Source: an uncultured virus (IMG/VR IMGVR_UViG_3300029705_003980) (lineage: Duplodnaviria > Heunggongvirae > Uroviricota > Caudoviricetes). From it: a DNA stretch of 20,000 nt. Every line of letters starts with the position of its first letter. The first letter of the stretch is position 1. The stretch lies in IMG/VR virus record IMGVR_UViG_3300029705_003980. The stretch is one strand, 5' to 3'. The notes beneath the pieces were generated by a model, which had not been told where the DNA came from, ran no database searches, and worked only from the letters and a program-made list of their open reading frames with translations. Position numbers and translations under genes: made by a program. Positions 1 to 7,879 of the stretch are shown in pieces.

Positions 1-19
1 ATACAAGGAGGACTAACCT

Positions 20-421
20 ATGGAAAAAATCAAACTGTTTTTTGCAGCAATCGGCACGGCTCTTTCGTATGTTTTCGGAGGTATGGACACAATGCTCACC
101 ATCCTCATTGTCTTTATGACCATTGATTTTATCAGCGGCTTCACAAAGGCTTGGGCATTGAAAGAGTTTGATTCAAGCAAGTTTTACATCGGTGGTGTTA
201 AAAAGTTCGGCATTCTGCTTATCGTGGCTGTTGCATCTCTGCTTGACAACATCATCCACATTGACAGCGTGGCTCTGCGAACTGTGGCTATCTCTTACTA
301 CATCGCAAATGAAGGCTTTTCCATTCTTGAGAATTGGGGTGCTTTGGGACTTCCGCTTCCGAAAGCCATCAAGAGTGCTCTTGCAAAGTTGAGAAAGGAT
401 GAGGACGATGAATCTGAATAA
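20..421 (+). CDS. Phage holin (toxin secretion/phage lysis holin, Phage_holin_4-like)
   Basis: AGGAGG RBS at 6-11. 133 aa with hydrophobic segments, the D..SG..KA and YYIANEGFSILEN.G.LGLP.P motifs, and a charged C-terminal tail. Overlaps the endolysin start. Confidence 0.92.
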   Translation: MEKIKLFFAAIGTALSYVFGGMDTMLTILIVFMTIDFISGFTKAWALKEFDSSKFYIGGVKKFGILLIVAVASLLDNIIHIDSVALRTVAISYYIANEGFSILENWGALGLPLPKAIKSALAKLRKDEDDESE

Positions 422-1133
422 GCTGTTTCTCACACAGAATAACTGCTACAAAGCCGGAAAGAAAATTACCGTCAAAGGTATTATGGTTCATTCAACGGGT
501 GCAAACAACCCGTGGCTGAAGCGTTATCTCCCGGATGATGGAAAAATCGGTGTAAATAAGTACGGAAATCATTGGAACACACCACTTCCCGGTGGAAAGC
601 AAGTGTGCGTTCACGGCTTCATCGGAAAGCTCGCTGATGGTTCGGTCGCATCCTACCAATGTCTGCCGTGGAATCACAGAGGTTGGCACGCAGGCGGTTC
701 TGCAAATAACACTCATATCGGGTTTGAGATTTGCGAGGACGGACTGACCGATGTTACATATTTCAATGCGGTGTACAAGGAAGCTGTCGAGCTTTGTGCA
801 TACCTTTGCAAAGAATACGGTCTTACAGAAAAGGACATCATCTGTCATTCGGAGGGATATAAAAAAGGCATTGCTTCCAACCACGGCGATGTTATGCATT
901 GGTTTCCAAAGCACGGCAAGAGTATGGACACTTTCAGATCTGATGTTGCAAAAATGCTGAAAGCAGATACTGCAATTACTGAACTGACGACCATCAACGA
1001 TATTGTCTGGGAGCTTTCCCATCGTGGCATCATTACAAATACGGAGCTGTGGCTGAAGAAACTCGAAGAAGATTCTAACAGCTATTGGCTTGCGAGAAAG
1101 ACCGCAAACTATCTGCGACAAAATAATATTTGA
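408..1133 (+). CDS. Endolysin, N-acetylmuramoyl-L-alanine amidase (Amidase_2 family)
   Basis: Motifs VHSTG, WHAG, IGFEICE, CHSE, SNHGD. Start moved to ATG 408 (MNLNKLFL) behind AAGGATGAGG. Follows the holin. Confidence 0.9.
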   Translation: MNLNKLFLTQNNCYKAGKKITVKGIMVHSTGANNPWLKRYLPDDGKIGVNKYGNHWNTPLPGGKQVCVHGFIGKLADGSVASYQCLPWNHRGWHAGGSANNTHIGFEICEDGLTDVTYFNAVYKEAVELCAYLCKEYGLTEKDIICHSEGYKKGIASNHGDVMHWFPKHGKSMDTFRSDVAKMLKADTAITELTTINDIVWELSHRGIITNTELWLKKLEEDSNSYWLARKTANYLRQNNI

Positions 1134-1137
1134 CACT

Positions 1138-1177
1138 TAAGCCTGTAGGGATTTTTCCTTGCAGGCTTATTTTTTTT
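1138..1177 (+). terminator. Rho-independent terminator after the lysis cassette
   Basis: Stem TAAGCCTGTAGGGA/TCCTTGCAGGCTTA with two G-U pairs, followed by a T8 run. Confidence 0.88.
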
Positions 1178-1245
1178 GCTATTTTTGAAAAAACACCCCG
1201 CCAAAACACCTCTTAAATGTCGGTACTCCGAAAGGAGTGCTTTGA

Positions 1246-1626
1246 ATGAAACATGAAGCTATAGACCAATTAAGGTATCAGGGATTTGGTTACAGAAGAA
1301 TTGCCGCTATGCTCGGTATGCCCGAAGGCACAGTTAAATCATATTGTCGCAGACATCCTTTTGATATAAAGCAGAAGGTATGTTTTGAATGTGGGACACC
1401 AATTCAAAATACACCTCATAAGCGTGAAAAGAAATTCTGCTCGGATAAGTGCAGACAAAAATGGTGGAATAGCCATTTAGACCTTGTAAAAAGGAAGGCT
1501 ATCTACCATCTCACTTGTGAGCATTGTGGATGTGATTTTGAAAGTTATGGAAACAACCACAGAAGGTTCTGCTCTCGAACTTGTTATGCAAATTACAGAC
1601 GAAAGGTGGCTGAACCAAATGGATAA
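1246..1626 (+). CDS. HTH (sigma70 region 4-like) plus two Zn-finger motifs; LSR-associated protein
   Basis: AAGGAG RBS. HTH segment GFGYRRIAAMLGMPEGTVKSYCRR, then CFEC..FCSDKC and CEHC..FCSRTC. Confidence 0.8.
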   Translation: MKHEAIDQLRYQGFGYRRIAAMLGMPEGTVKSYCRRHPFDIKQKVCFECGTPIQNTPHKREKKFCSDKCRQKWWNSHLDLVKRKAIYHLTCEHCGCDFESYGNNHRRFCSRTCYANYRRKVAEPNG

Positions 1627-1780
1627 GGATTTGTTTAGTGCTATTACAGCATATAAAACCACAATGGCGGCTTTTAAAGTTATGTTGAATAAAGGTCTTA
1701 TTTCTGCTTCTGAATACAAAGATATTGACACAAAAATTGCACAAAAATACGGGTTATCTTTGTCGGTTATATATCGATAA
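1619..1780 (+). CDS. Small SHOCT-like protein (53 aa) preceding the LSRs
   Basis: GAAAGGTGG RBS at 1601-1609 and ATG at 1619 overlapping the previous gene. MLNKGLISASEY..ID is a SHOCT-type motif. Confidence 0.75.
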   Translation: MDKDLFSAITAYKTTMAAFKVMLNKGLISASEYKDIDTKIAQKYGLSLSVIYR

Positions 1781-1848
1781 ATAGTGCCTGAAACCCTTGA
1801 CTTTACGGCACTTTAGAGCAAATATATGGTAAAGAAAAGGAGGTAAAA

Positions 1849-3156
1849 ATGGATAGAATAATTAAGCAAGTGGTGTTTGCTGCACCCACAATAATAACTG
1901 CGTTAAAGGTTGCTGCATATACGAGAGTTTCAAGCGGAAAAGACACTATGCTTCATTCACTTTCTGCACAGGTGAGCTACTACTCAAAGTACATTCAAGA
2001 ACATCCCGGTTGGATTTACTGCGGTGTTTATAGCGATGAAGCAATTACCGGGACAAAGGAAAGTAGGAAAAATTTTCAAAAGCTACTTCAGGATTGCAAA
2101 GCCGGGAAAATTGACCTTGTTATAACAAAGAGCATTTCAAGATTTGCCCGTAATACAGTAACACTTCTTGAAAACATTCGAGAATTAAAAAATCTCGGTG
2201 TTGGAGTTTTCTTTGAAGAGCAAAACATAAACACGCTTACAGCTGACGGAGAGCTTATGCTCACAATTCTCGCATCGTATGCACAAGAGGAGAGTTTGTC
2301 AGCAAGTGAGAATGCAAAGTGGAGAATTCATAAAGATTTTGAAAAAGGGATTCTTCCTAAAAATGTTCAGAACATTTATGGCTTCAACCGAACCGAAGAT
2401 GGTGGATTTGAGATAATTCCCGAAGAAGCAGAAATCGTTAAGGATATCTTCAACCTTTACCTTGAAGGCTTTGGATTTTTGAAAATCGCTCAACACCTTA
2501 ACGAACTTGGAGTTGAAAGCAATACGAGAGAGAAATGGTCGGATAAAAAAGTAAAGTACATACTTTCCAATGAGAAATATGTCGGTGATTTGCTTTTGCA
2601 GAAATCATTTGTTGTCGACCATTTAACAAAAAAATGCAAAAACAATAATGGCGAGAAACCTCAATATTATGTCAAGGACAACCATCAAGGCATTGTTTCA
2701 CGAGAAATATTTGAGGCTGTGCAAGAAGAAATAAAGCGAAGACAACTAAAATACGGCAAGCAACTCACAGTAGTTCCTACATATTTGTTTACAGGGAAAA
2801 TGCAATGTGGCATATGCGGAAAGAATTACCGAAGAAAAATCATTAGAGGGAAACCTATATGGAGATGCCCAACATTTGATAGGTTCGGCAAAAAGGAATG
2901 TCCATCGAAGCAAATCCCCGAAGATATATTGATTGATTTGACTATGGAGGTATTGGGTACAAAAACAGTTGATATGAGGGTTTTCAATAAGAAAATTTCA
3001 AAGATGTTTCTACCTTCTGCTGACCGCATAATATTTGAGTTTACAGATGGACATACCATTAAAAAAACATGGCAAAATCGGTCACGCAGCCAAAGTTGGA
3101 CAGATGAAATGAAGGAACAAGCACGGCAACATACTTTGAAGAGGAGGAAATACTAA
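1849..3156 (+). CDS. Large serine recombinase 1 (resolvase, recombinase and Zn-ribbon domains; short C-terminus)
   Basis: AGGAGG RBS. Catalytic YTRVSS, DEAITG, KSISRFARN, NEKYVG and the CGICG..C..C Zn ribbon. Confidence 0.95.
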   Translation: MDRIIKQVVFAAPTIITALKVAAYTRVSSGKDTMLHSLSAQVSYYSKYIQEHPGWIYCGVYSDEAITGTKESRKNFQKLLQDCKAGKIDLVITKSISRFARNTVTLLENIRELKNLGVGVFFEEQNINTLTADGELMLTILASYAQEESLSASENAKWRIHKDFEKGILPKNVQNIYGFNRTEDGGFEIIPEEAEIVKDIFNLYLEGFGFLKIAQHLNELGVESNTREKWSDKKVKYILSNEKYVGDLLLQKSFVVDHLTKKCKNNNGEKPQYYVKDNHQGIVSREIFEAVQEEIKRRQLKYGKQLTVVPTYLFTGKMQCGICGKNYRRKIIRGKPIWRCPTFDRFGKKECPSKQIPEDILIDLTMEVLGTKTVDMRVFNKKISKMFLPSADRIIFEFTDGHTIKKTWQNRSRSQSWTDEMKEQARQHTLKRRKY

Positions 3157-4739
3157 TGGCAAAAGCGGTAACAGTAATACCTGCCACAATACACCCATTA
3201 ACAAAACTGCCATCTTTAACGATGATGCTTCGCAGAACCTGCGGTTATGCAAGAGTATCAACAGATAAAGACGAGCAATTCACATCTTATGCTGCACAGG
3301 TAGATTATTATACGAATTATATTAAATCAAAGCCTGAATGGGAATTTGTGAAGGTTTACACGGATGAAGGAATCACAGGAACTAATACAAAAAAACGTGA
3401 TGGCTTCAACGAGATGATTCAAGATGCTCTTGACGGAAAGATTGACCTCATAGTTACCAAGTCTGTAAGCAGATTTGCAAGAAACACCGTAGACAGCTTG
3501 GTAACCATCCGCAAGCTCAAGGAAAAAGGTGTAGAGGTTTATTTTGAGAAAGAGAACATATGGACACTTGACAGCAAAGGTGAATTGCTCCTTACCATAA
3601 TGTCGAGCCTTGCACAGGAAGAAAGTAGAAGTATTTCCGAGAATGTAACTTGGGGCAAAAGAAAAAGTGCATCCGATGGAAAAATCAGTCTCGGATATAA
3701 GCAGTTCCTCGGTTACGACAAAGGTCCCAACGGAACTCTCATTGTGAACAAGGAACAGGCGGTCATCGTTAAGCGAATTTATAAAGAGTTTATGCAAGGC
3801 AAAACACCTTGTATGATTGCAAAAAGATTGACCCAAGAAGGAATTAAGACTCCTTCCGGCAGAGGAAAAAAGTGGAATGTAAGCGTTATTATGAGTATTC
3901 TAACAAACGAAAAATATAAAGGCTCGGCTCGACTTCAAAAGAGTTTTACTGTTGATTTCCTTTCAAAGAAAATAAAGAAAAATGAAGGCGAAGTTCCACA
4001 GTATTATGTTGAGAACAGCCACGAAGCTATCATTCCGCCCGATGAATGGGAAAGGGTTCAGAAGGAGTTAATTAGAAGAAAGAGTTTCGGCAGAAAATAC
4101 AGCGGAAACAGTATTTTTTCAACAAGGATTGTGTGTGGAAATTGCGGAGCATTCTTTGGCTCAAAGGTATGGAATTCAACCGATAAAAAATATCGTCGAA
4201 CCATATGGCAATGCAATGATAAGTTCAAAGGCGAAACACGATGTGCGACACCGCACTTAAGCGAAGAACAGCTAAAGGAAGCATTTATAACAGCATTCAA
4301 CCGATTGTTTGATAACAAGGATGAAATTATCGGAAATTGCACAACGATTGTGGAAATGCTGACCGACTGCACGGAGCTTGATAAAAAAATAGAAACCCTA
4401 CACCAAGAACTGGAAGTAATAGCGGAAATGGTACAGAAGTGTGTTGATGAAAATGCCTCAACCATTCAAAACCAAGATGAATACCTACAGCGTTATAACG
4501 GATTTGTAGCTCGATACGAGGAGGGGCTTGAAAAACTCCAAAAATATGAAAATGAAAAGGTACTACGCATAGCAAGGGGTGAATCCTTCAACGATTTTAT
4601 GAAAGCGTTTATTAACATAGACAGCAACATAATCGAATTTGACAACGACCTATGGGTTTCAACAGTTGAGAAAGTGAATGTAATGCACGATGGCAAACTG
4701 ATATTTGTTTTTCAAAATGGAACGGAGATTGAGGTTTGA
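3156..4739 (+). CDS. Large serine recombinase 2 (with Zn ribbon and coiled coil)
   Basis: YARVST, DEGITG, KSVSRFARN, NEKYKG, CGNCG..C..C and a heptad-rich C-terminus. TAATG stop/start overlap with LSR1. Confidence 0.95.
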   Translation: MAKAVTVIPATIHPLTKLPSLTMMLRRTCGYARVSTDKDEQFTSYAAQVDYYTNYIKSKPEWEFVKVYTDEGITGTNTKKRDGFNEMIQDALDGKIDLIVTKSVSRFARNTVDSLVTIRKLKEKGVEVYFEKENIWTLDSKGELLLTIMSSLAQEESRSISENVTWGKRKSASDGKISLGYKQFLGYDKGPNGTLIVNKEQAVIVKRIYKEFMQGKTPCMIAKRLTQEGIKTPSGRGKKWNVSVIMSILTNEKYKGSARLQKSFTVDFLSKKIKKNEGEVPQYYVENSHEAIIPPDEWERVQKELIRRKSFGRKYSGNSIFSTRIVCGNCGAFFGSKVWNSTDKKYRRTIWQCNDKFKGETRCATPHLSEEQLKEAFITAFNRLFDNKDEIIGNCTTIVEMLTDCTELDKKIETLHQELEVIAEMVQKCVDENASTIQNQDEYLQRYNGFVARYEEGLEKLQKYENEKVLRIARGESFNDFMKAFINIDSNIIEFDNDLWVSTVEKVNVMHDGKLIFVFQNGTEIEV

Positions 4740-4755
4740 TATACAAAATAGAACA

Positions 4756-4797
4756 AACCAAAATATATCAGTTATTTACAAAAATGTAGTTTGAGCA
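4756..4797 (+). repeat. Left copy of a 42-bp imperfect inverted repeat (putative recombination or binding site)
   Basis: AACCAAAATATATCAGTTATTTACAAAAATGTAGTTTGAGCA matches the reverse complement of 11487-11528 at 36/42 positions without gaps. Confidence 0.85.
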
Positions 4798-4828
4798 TTA
4801 GCAAAACCCCTTATTTTAAGCGAAAAAC

Positions 4829-4862
4829 AAACTGCTCCTGTTTTGTTGACAGGAGCAATTTT
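4829..4862. terminator. Probable bidirectional terminator between convergent operons
   Basis: Stem TGCTCCTGT (4833-4841)/ACAGGAGCA (4849-4857) with A-rich left and T-rich right flanks. Confidence 0.75.
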
Positions 4863-4870
4863 AAGCAAAG

Positions 4871-5779
4871 TTATTCTTCATCATTTTCTTCAGAAACAGG
4901 GTTGGAGTATTCGCCATCATAGTTCTCAAAAATGTCATATGGAACATCGTCCGAATAATCTTCATCATCGTCAATGAAATCAAAGGTATTGTCGTATAGC
5001 TTGTTTATAGAGAGCCTGAACGCCTTGTTCTTTTTCTTGCCGTTGTATGTTATAACCATAACTTCGGCAAATCCCATTGAACCGGGGCGTCGCTCTCTTG
5101 CACTTCTACTGAGTATTTTGGGGGTCAAAGCACCAATCTTGTCCTTAAACTCCTCATCGTCAAGACTTTTGTTGTATGTAACTATGAGTTTCGCTATAGC
5201 CTTTAGGATGTTGGCAGTAAAGGAATCACAATCTCCTTCCCAAGTTCCGACACAAATCCTTAAGGTTCTACTGAGGACATGAATGCCGTATTTTTGATAA
5301 ATCATTTCAAGTGTTGAAACCGCACCGATAACTCCGGGCGATTTTCTTAACCCTATCTCTAAACCAAAAGACTCAACAACCTCTTTTATAATAAGCTGGT
5401 CGTGATTTCCGGCTTCAATATTTGCCATAAACACTTCGTATGGCTTGAGACCTTTGACAAACTTCATCTGATTTGCAAAAATATCAGCTTCATGTTCATA
5501 GCTCAAATCGTCATAAATCATACACCACACAGGCGTTTCACGAGACCCGGAAACAAGTGCCACAATTTCAATGGTATGCTGACCATTAAAGACATAGTTT
5601 ATACCATTACGGCGGCTGACTTTTACAGGATTAATTTGGTACAAATCAAAATGCTCTGCAGCCTTTTCCACATGAGCTTCTGAAAGGCTACGCTGATAGT
5701 CTTGGTTGGAGACAAGGTTTTTGATAGGTATCTGTTCAAAATGTACTTGTGGTACAAAAGGATTAAATTCTTCCATCAT
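4871..5779 (-). CDS. ParB/Srx-fold (DUF6551/DGQHR-like) protein with acidic tail
   Basis: YQRSL and VFNGQHT motifs. AAGGAGG RBS; start is 5779 (ATGA overlap with the upstream stop) or 5776. Confidence 0.7.
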   Translation of the reverse strand: MMEEFNPFVPQVHFEQIPIKNLVSNQDYQRSLSEAHVEKAAEHFDLYQINPVKVSRRNGINYVFNGQHTIEIVALVSGSRETPVWCMIYDDLSYEHEADIFANQMKFVKGLKPYEVFMANIEAGNHDQLIIKEVVESFGLEIGLRKSPGVIGAVSTLEMIYQKYGIHVLSRTLRICVGTWEGDCDSFTANILKAIAKLIVTYNKSLDDEEFKDKIGALTPKILSRSARERRPGSMGFAEVMVITYNGKKKNKAFRLSINKLYDNTFDFIDDDEDYSDDVPYDIFENYDGEYSNPVSEENDEE

Positions 5780-6735
5780 TCCGCCTCCTTTATTGAAGCA
5801 AGTAAATCTTCTGCTTTTTCTATTAGTGAACACAATACCTTTATCAGTTTATTTCTTGCAGTATCTGATACAATATTTAAGTTTGCATGGCTTTGCGTTC
5901 TGTTTATGGAACTAACCCACGATGGTATCGTAAGTGTTAGTTCGGTAACCTCTGCATCCGGGTCAAATTCAGGCATATTTTTAATACTTGGTGTTACTGG
6001 CTGCTCTTCTGCGGCAGCAGAACCTATGGCTTTTCTTGAACTGCTGTATTTGAAATACGCTTTATGGCTCCGATTCATCCGCCGATTTACTTCACGAAGT
6101 TCATCCTCCGGCATATTCGCAAGGTCAATAATGTTTTTGTGTGAAATTTTATACCTTCCTGACAGTATTTTGGGAACAAGCTCCGGGACTTTACTTCCGA
6201 TCTGCTCAAGCGACCTTGTATACACAGCATATTTTTGAACTGTTCCTGCTGACACATTGTTTTCTTCACCGATTTTTCTTGCAGTTCTTATGCCAGAAAA
6301 ATTAGGATTTGGAGAGGCAAAATAATCTTCATCGGATATACTTTCATCGTAATTACGGTCAGAAGTATATTGATTATGCCCGGTTGGGTTTTTTCGGCTG
6401 CTGATAACTTTTTCGGTTTCATACTGCATTCCTATTAAAAATTTTCTTGTTTCATCGGAAATGTTACGTCTGCCGAGCTGATTGGCACATATCCAAGCAA
6501 TCGCATCTTCTTTTGACTCGAAGTCCATTTCTCTAACTTCGTAGGGAATGTTATGGCGAGTACATATTTCATATCTGTTATGTCCGTCAACAATAAAGCC
6601 TTTCCAAGTGATGATAGCTTCCCGGCATCCATCTTTCAAGATGTTCTCTTCAAGCTGTAAATATTCTTGACGGAGTAAGGGGCGTATTAAGTTTTTGAAC
6701 TCTTTATTTATTTTTAGCGGTTTTCGTCTTTCCAT
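5776..6735 (-). CDS. ParB N-terminal-like domain protein with central HTH
   Basis: LEENILKDG..IIT...IVDGHNRY (GxxR) and NQLGRRN motifs; HTH-like TARKIGEENNVSAGTVQKY. GGAGG RBS before ATG 6735. Confidence 0.8.
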   Translation of the reverse strand: MERRKPLKINKEFKNLIRPLLRQEYLQLEENILKDGCREAIITWKGFIVDGHNRYEICTRHNIPYEVREMDFESKEDAIAWICANQLGRRNISDETRKFLIGMQYETEKVISSRKNPTGHNQYTSDRNYDESISDEDYFASPNPNFSGIRTARKIGEENNVSAGTVQKYAVYTRSLEQIGSKVPELVPKILSGRYKISHKNIIDLANMPEDELREVNRRMNRSHKAYFKYSSSRKAIGSAAAEEQPVTPSIKNMPEFDPDAEVTELTLTIPSWVSSINRTQSHANLNIVSDTARNKLIKVLCSLIEKAEDLLASIKEAE

Positions 6736-6746
6736 AATTGCCTCCA

Positions 6747-7121
6747 TCAATTCTCTATGCGAGTAAGCGTTTTCATAGAAAAAACTGCCATATTATGAGA
6801 TGATACAATATTCCCGGTTAGCCTGTACGAACAATTCATTTCTAAATTACCAACTACACTAATCAGTTTTTTTACAAACGACATACTATACAACTCATAG
6901 GAGTTATCTGCCATAAGTTTTTGCGGTTTGATTTTTTCGGATTGGTCACCCGGAACAGCTTTTTCAACAGCTCTTATTGCAACACATTTATTATCTGGAT
7001 TTACAAGTAATTGAATATATGGAGGGTCACCAAGTAACCGAAGCATACTTTTATAAATTCTGATTCGGTACTTCTTCAAATCAACAGAAATTGTGACCGC
7101 AGGATTTGGGGTTTCTGTCAT
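6747..7121 (-). CDS. Hypothetical protein, single copy of the domain shared with the neighbouring genes
   Basis: AGGAGGTG RBS and ATGA overlap. IQLLVNPDNKCVAIR and SYRLTG motifs are shared with the two upstream proteins. Confidence 0.8.
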   Translation of the reverse strand: MTETPNPAVTISVDLKKYRIRIYKSMLRLLGDPPYIQLLVNPDNKCVAIRAVEKAVPGDQSEKIKPQKLMADNSYELYSMSFVKKLISVVGNLEMNCSYRLTGNIVSSHNMAVFSMKTLTRIEN

Positions 7122-7879
7122 ACCGATTCACCTCCTATGCTCGGATTTGGTACAGGAACAATATCAGTAGATTTATTTTCCTCCGTATTATCTTTTATGG
7201 AATACACAGCATATCCTTCAACAATGTTAATCTGCATAGACTGCTTATGCTCATTAAAAGGTAAACCGAACTGGTCTTGCCATTCAGCCGGGAAAACAGG
7301 AGTCCTCGAAGTTTTAGGCTTTCCGCCTTCTGGTGTGGTTCTCTGGTATACTTCAGTAGCTGTTAAGTCAAAAGCTAAAAGGTACTCGTCATTGGAGTGA
7401 ATGAGCTTGCCAAGCATTTTATACCTATGATTCGGATTCCAATCCATAAGTGAAACGACTTTTGCAAAAAACAATTTACAAGTAATTTGCTTTGATTTTC
7501 TCTTTCCGTTTGAAACTGTACACCATTGAAAGGAGTCTCTTGAACCTTCTTCGCAGGGGCGAAGTGCAAGGATTTTTTTCTGCCTGTTAATTAAGACTTG
7601 AGCATAATCGAAATTTGGGAATTTTGATAAGCACGCTGCATTGACATAGAATTTACAGTTATTGAAAGTACACGAAGGTTCTCGCATATGTGCAAAGAAT
7701 TCACGTCTAACAACCTGAAATCCATCAAAATCAAAATCCTCTCCCATATCAAGTATTTCATCATCCTCTGCCAACAGAGGAAAATTTTCAGGCTTGCGAA
7801 CTGCCATATTTGCATTTGCAGGTTCACCAACTGACCTCAAAATTTCAGACAATGTATTTTGTCCGTCAAACTCATTCAT
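7118..7879 (-). CDS. Recombinase-associated protein, paralogue of the LSR3 C-terminal domain
   Basis: AGGAGGT RBS. DFDFDGFQVVRREFF, QVLINRQKKILALR, WNPNHRYKMLG and FPAEWQDQFG align with the LSR3 C-terminus. Confidence 0.8.
   Translation of the reverse strand: MNEFDGQNTLSEILRSVGEPANANMAVRKPENFPLLAEDDEILDMGEDFDFDGFQVVRREFFAHMREPSCTFNNCKFYVNAACLSKFPNFDYAQVLINRQKKILALRPCEEGSRDSFQWCTVSNGKRKSKQITCKLFFAKVVSLMDWNPNHRYKMLGKLIHSNDEYLLAFDLTATEVYQRTTPEGGKPKTSRTPVFPAEWQDQFGLPFNEHKQSMQINIVEGYAVYSIKDNTEENKSTDIVPVPNPSIGGESV

Larger units (their letters stand above)
1..4739 (+). mobile_element. Right end of a prophage (lysis cassette plus HTH/SHOCT/tandem LSR integration module); extends left of the window
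   Basis: The order holin, amidase, terminator, HTH-Zn protein, small protein, LSR, LSR is a familiar end-of-prophage layout in Bacillota. The exact att site was not determined. Confidence 0.8.

Noticed and set aside
492..1136. 214-aa minus-strand ORF and other antisense or overlapping ORFs in the track (e.g. 3327-3836, 4058-4465, 5702-6238)
   Set aside because: They are shadows of well-supported genes on the opposite strand and carry no recognisable motifs.
1190..1212. AAAACACCCC/AAAACACCTC short direct repeat upstream of the HTH gene
   Set aside because: Only two short low-complexity copies, which cannot be distinguished from chance.
1783..1812. AGTGCC...GGCACT dyad containing AAACCCTTGACT upstream of LSR1, partly resembling the 36-bp sites
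   Set aside because: The arms are only 6 bp, the spacing differs from the 36-bp sites, and there is no convincing -10 box for the TTGACT; too weak to call.
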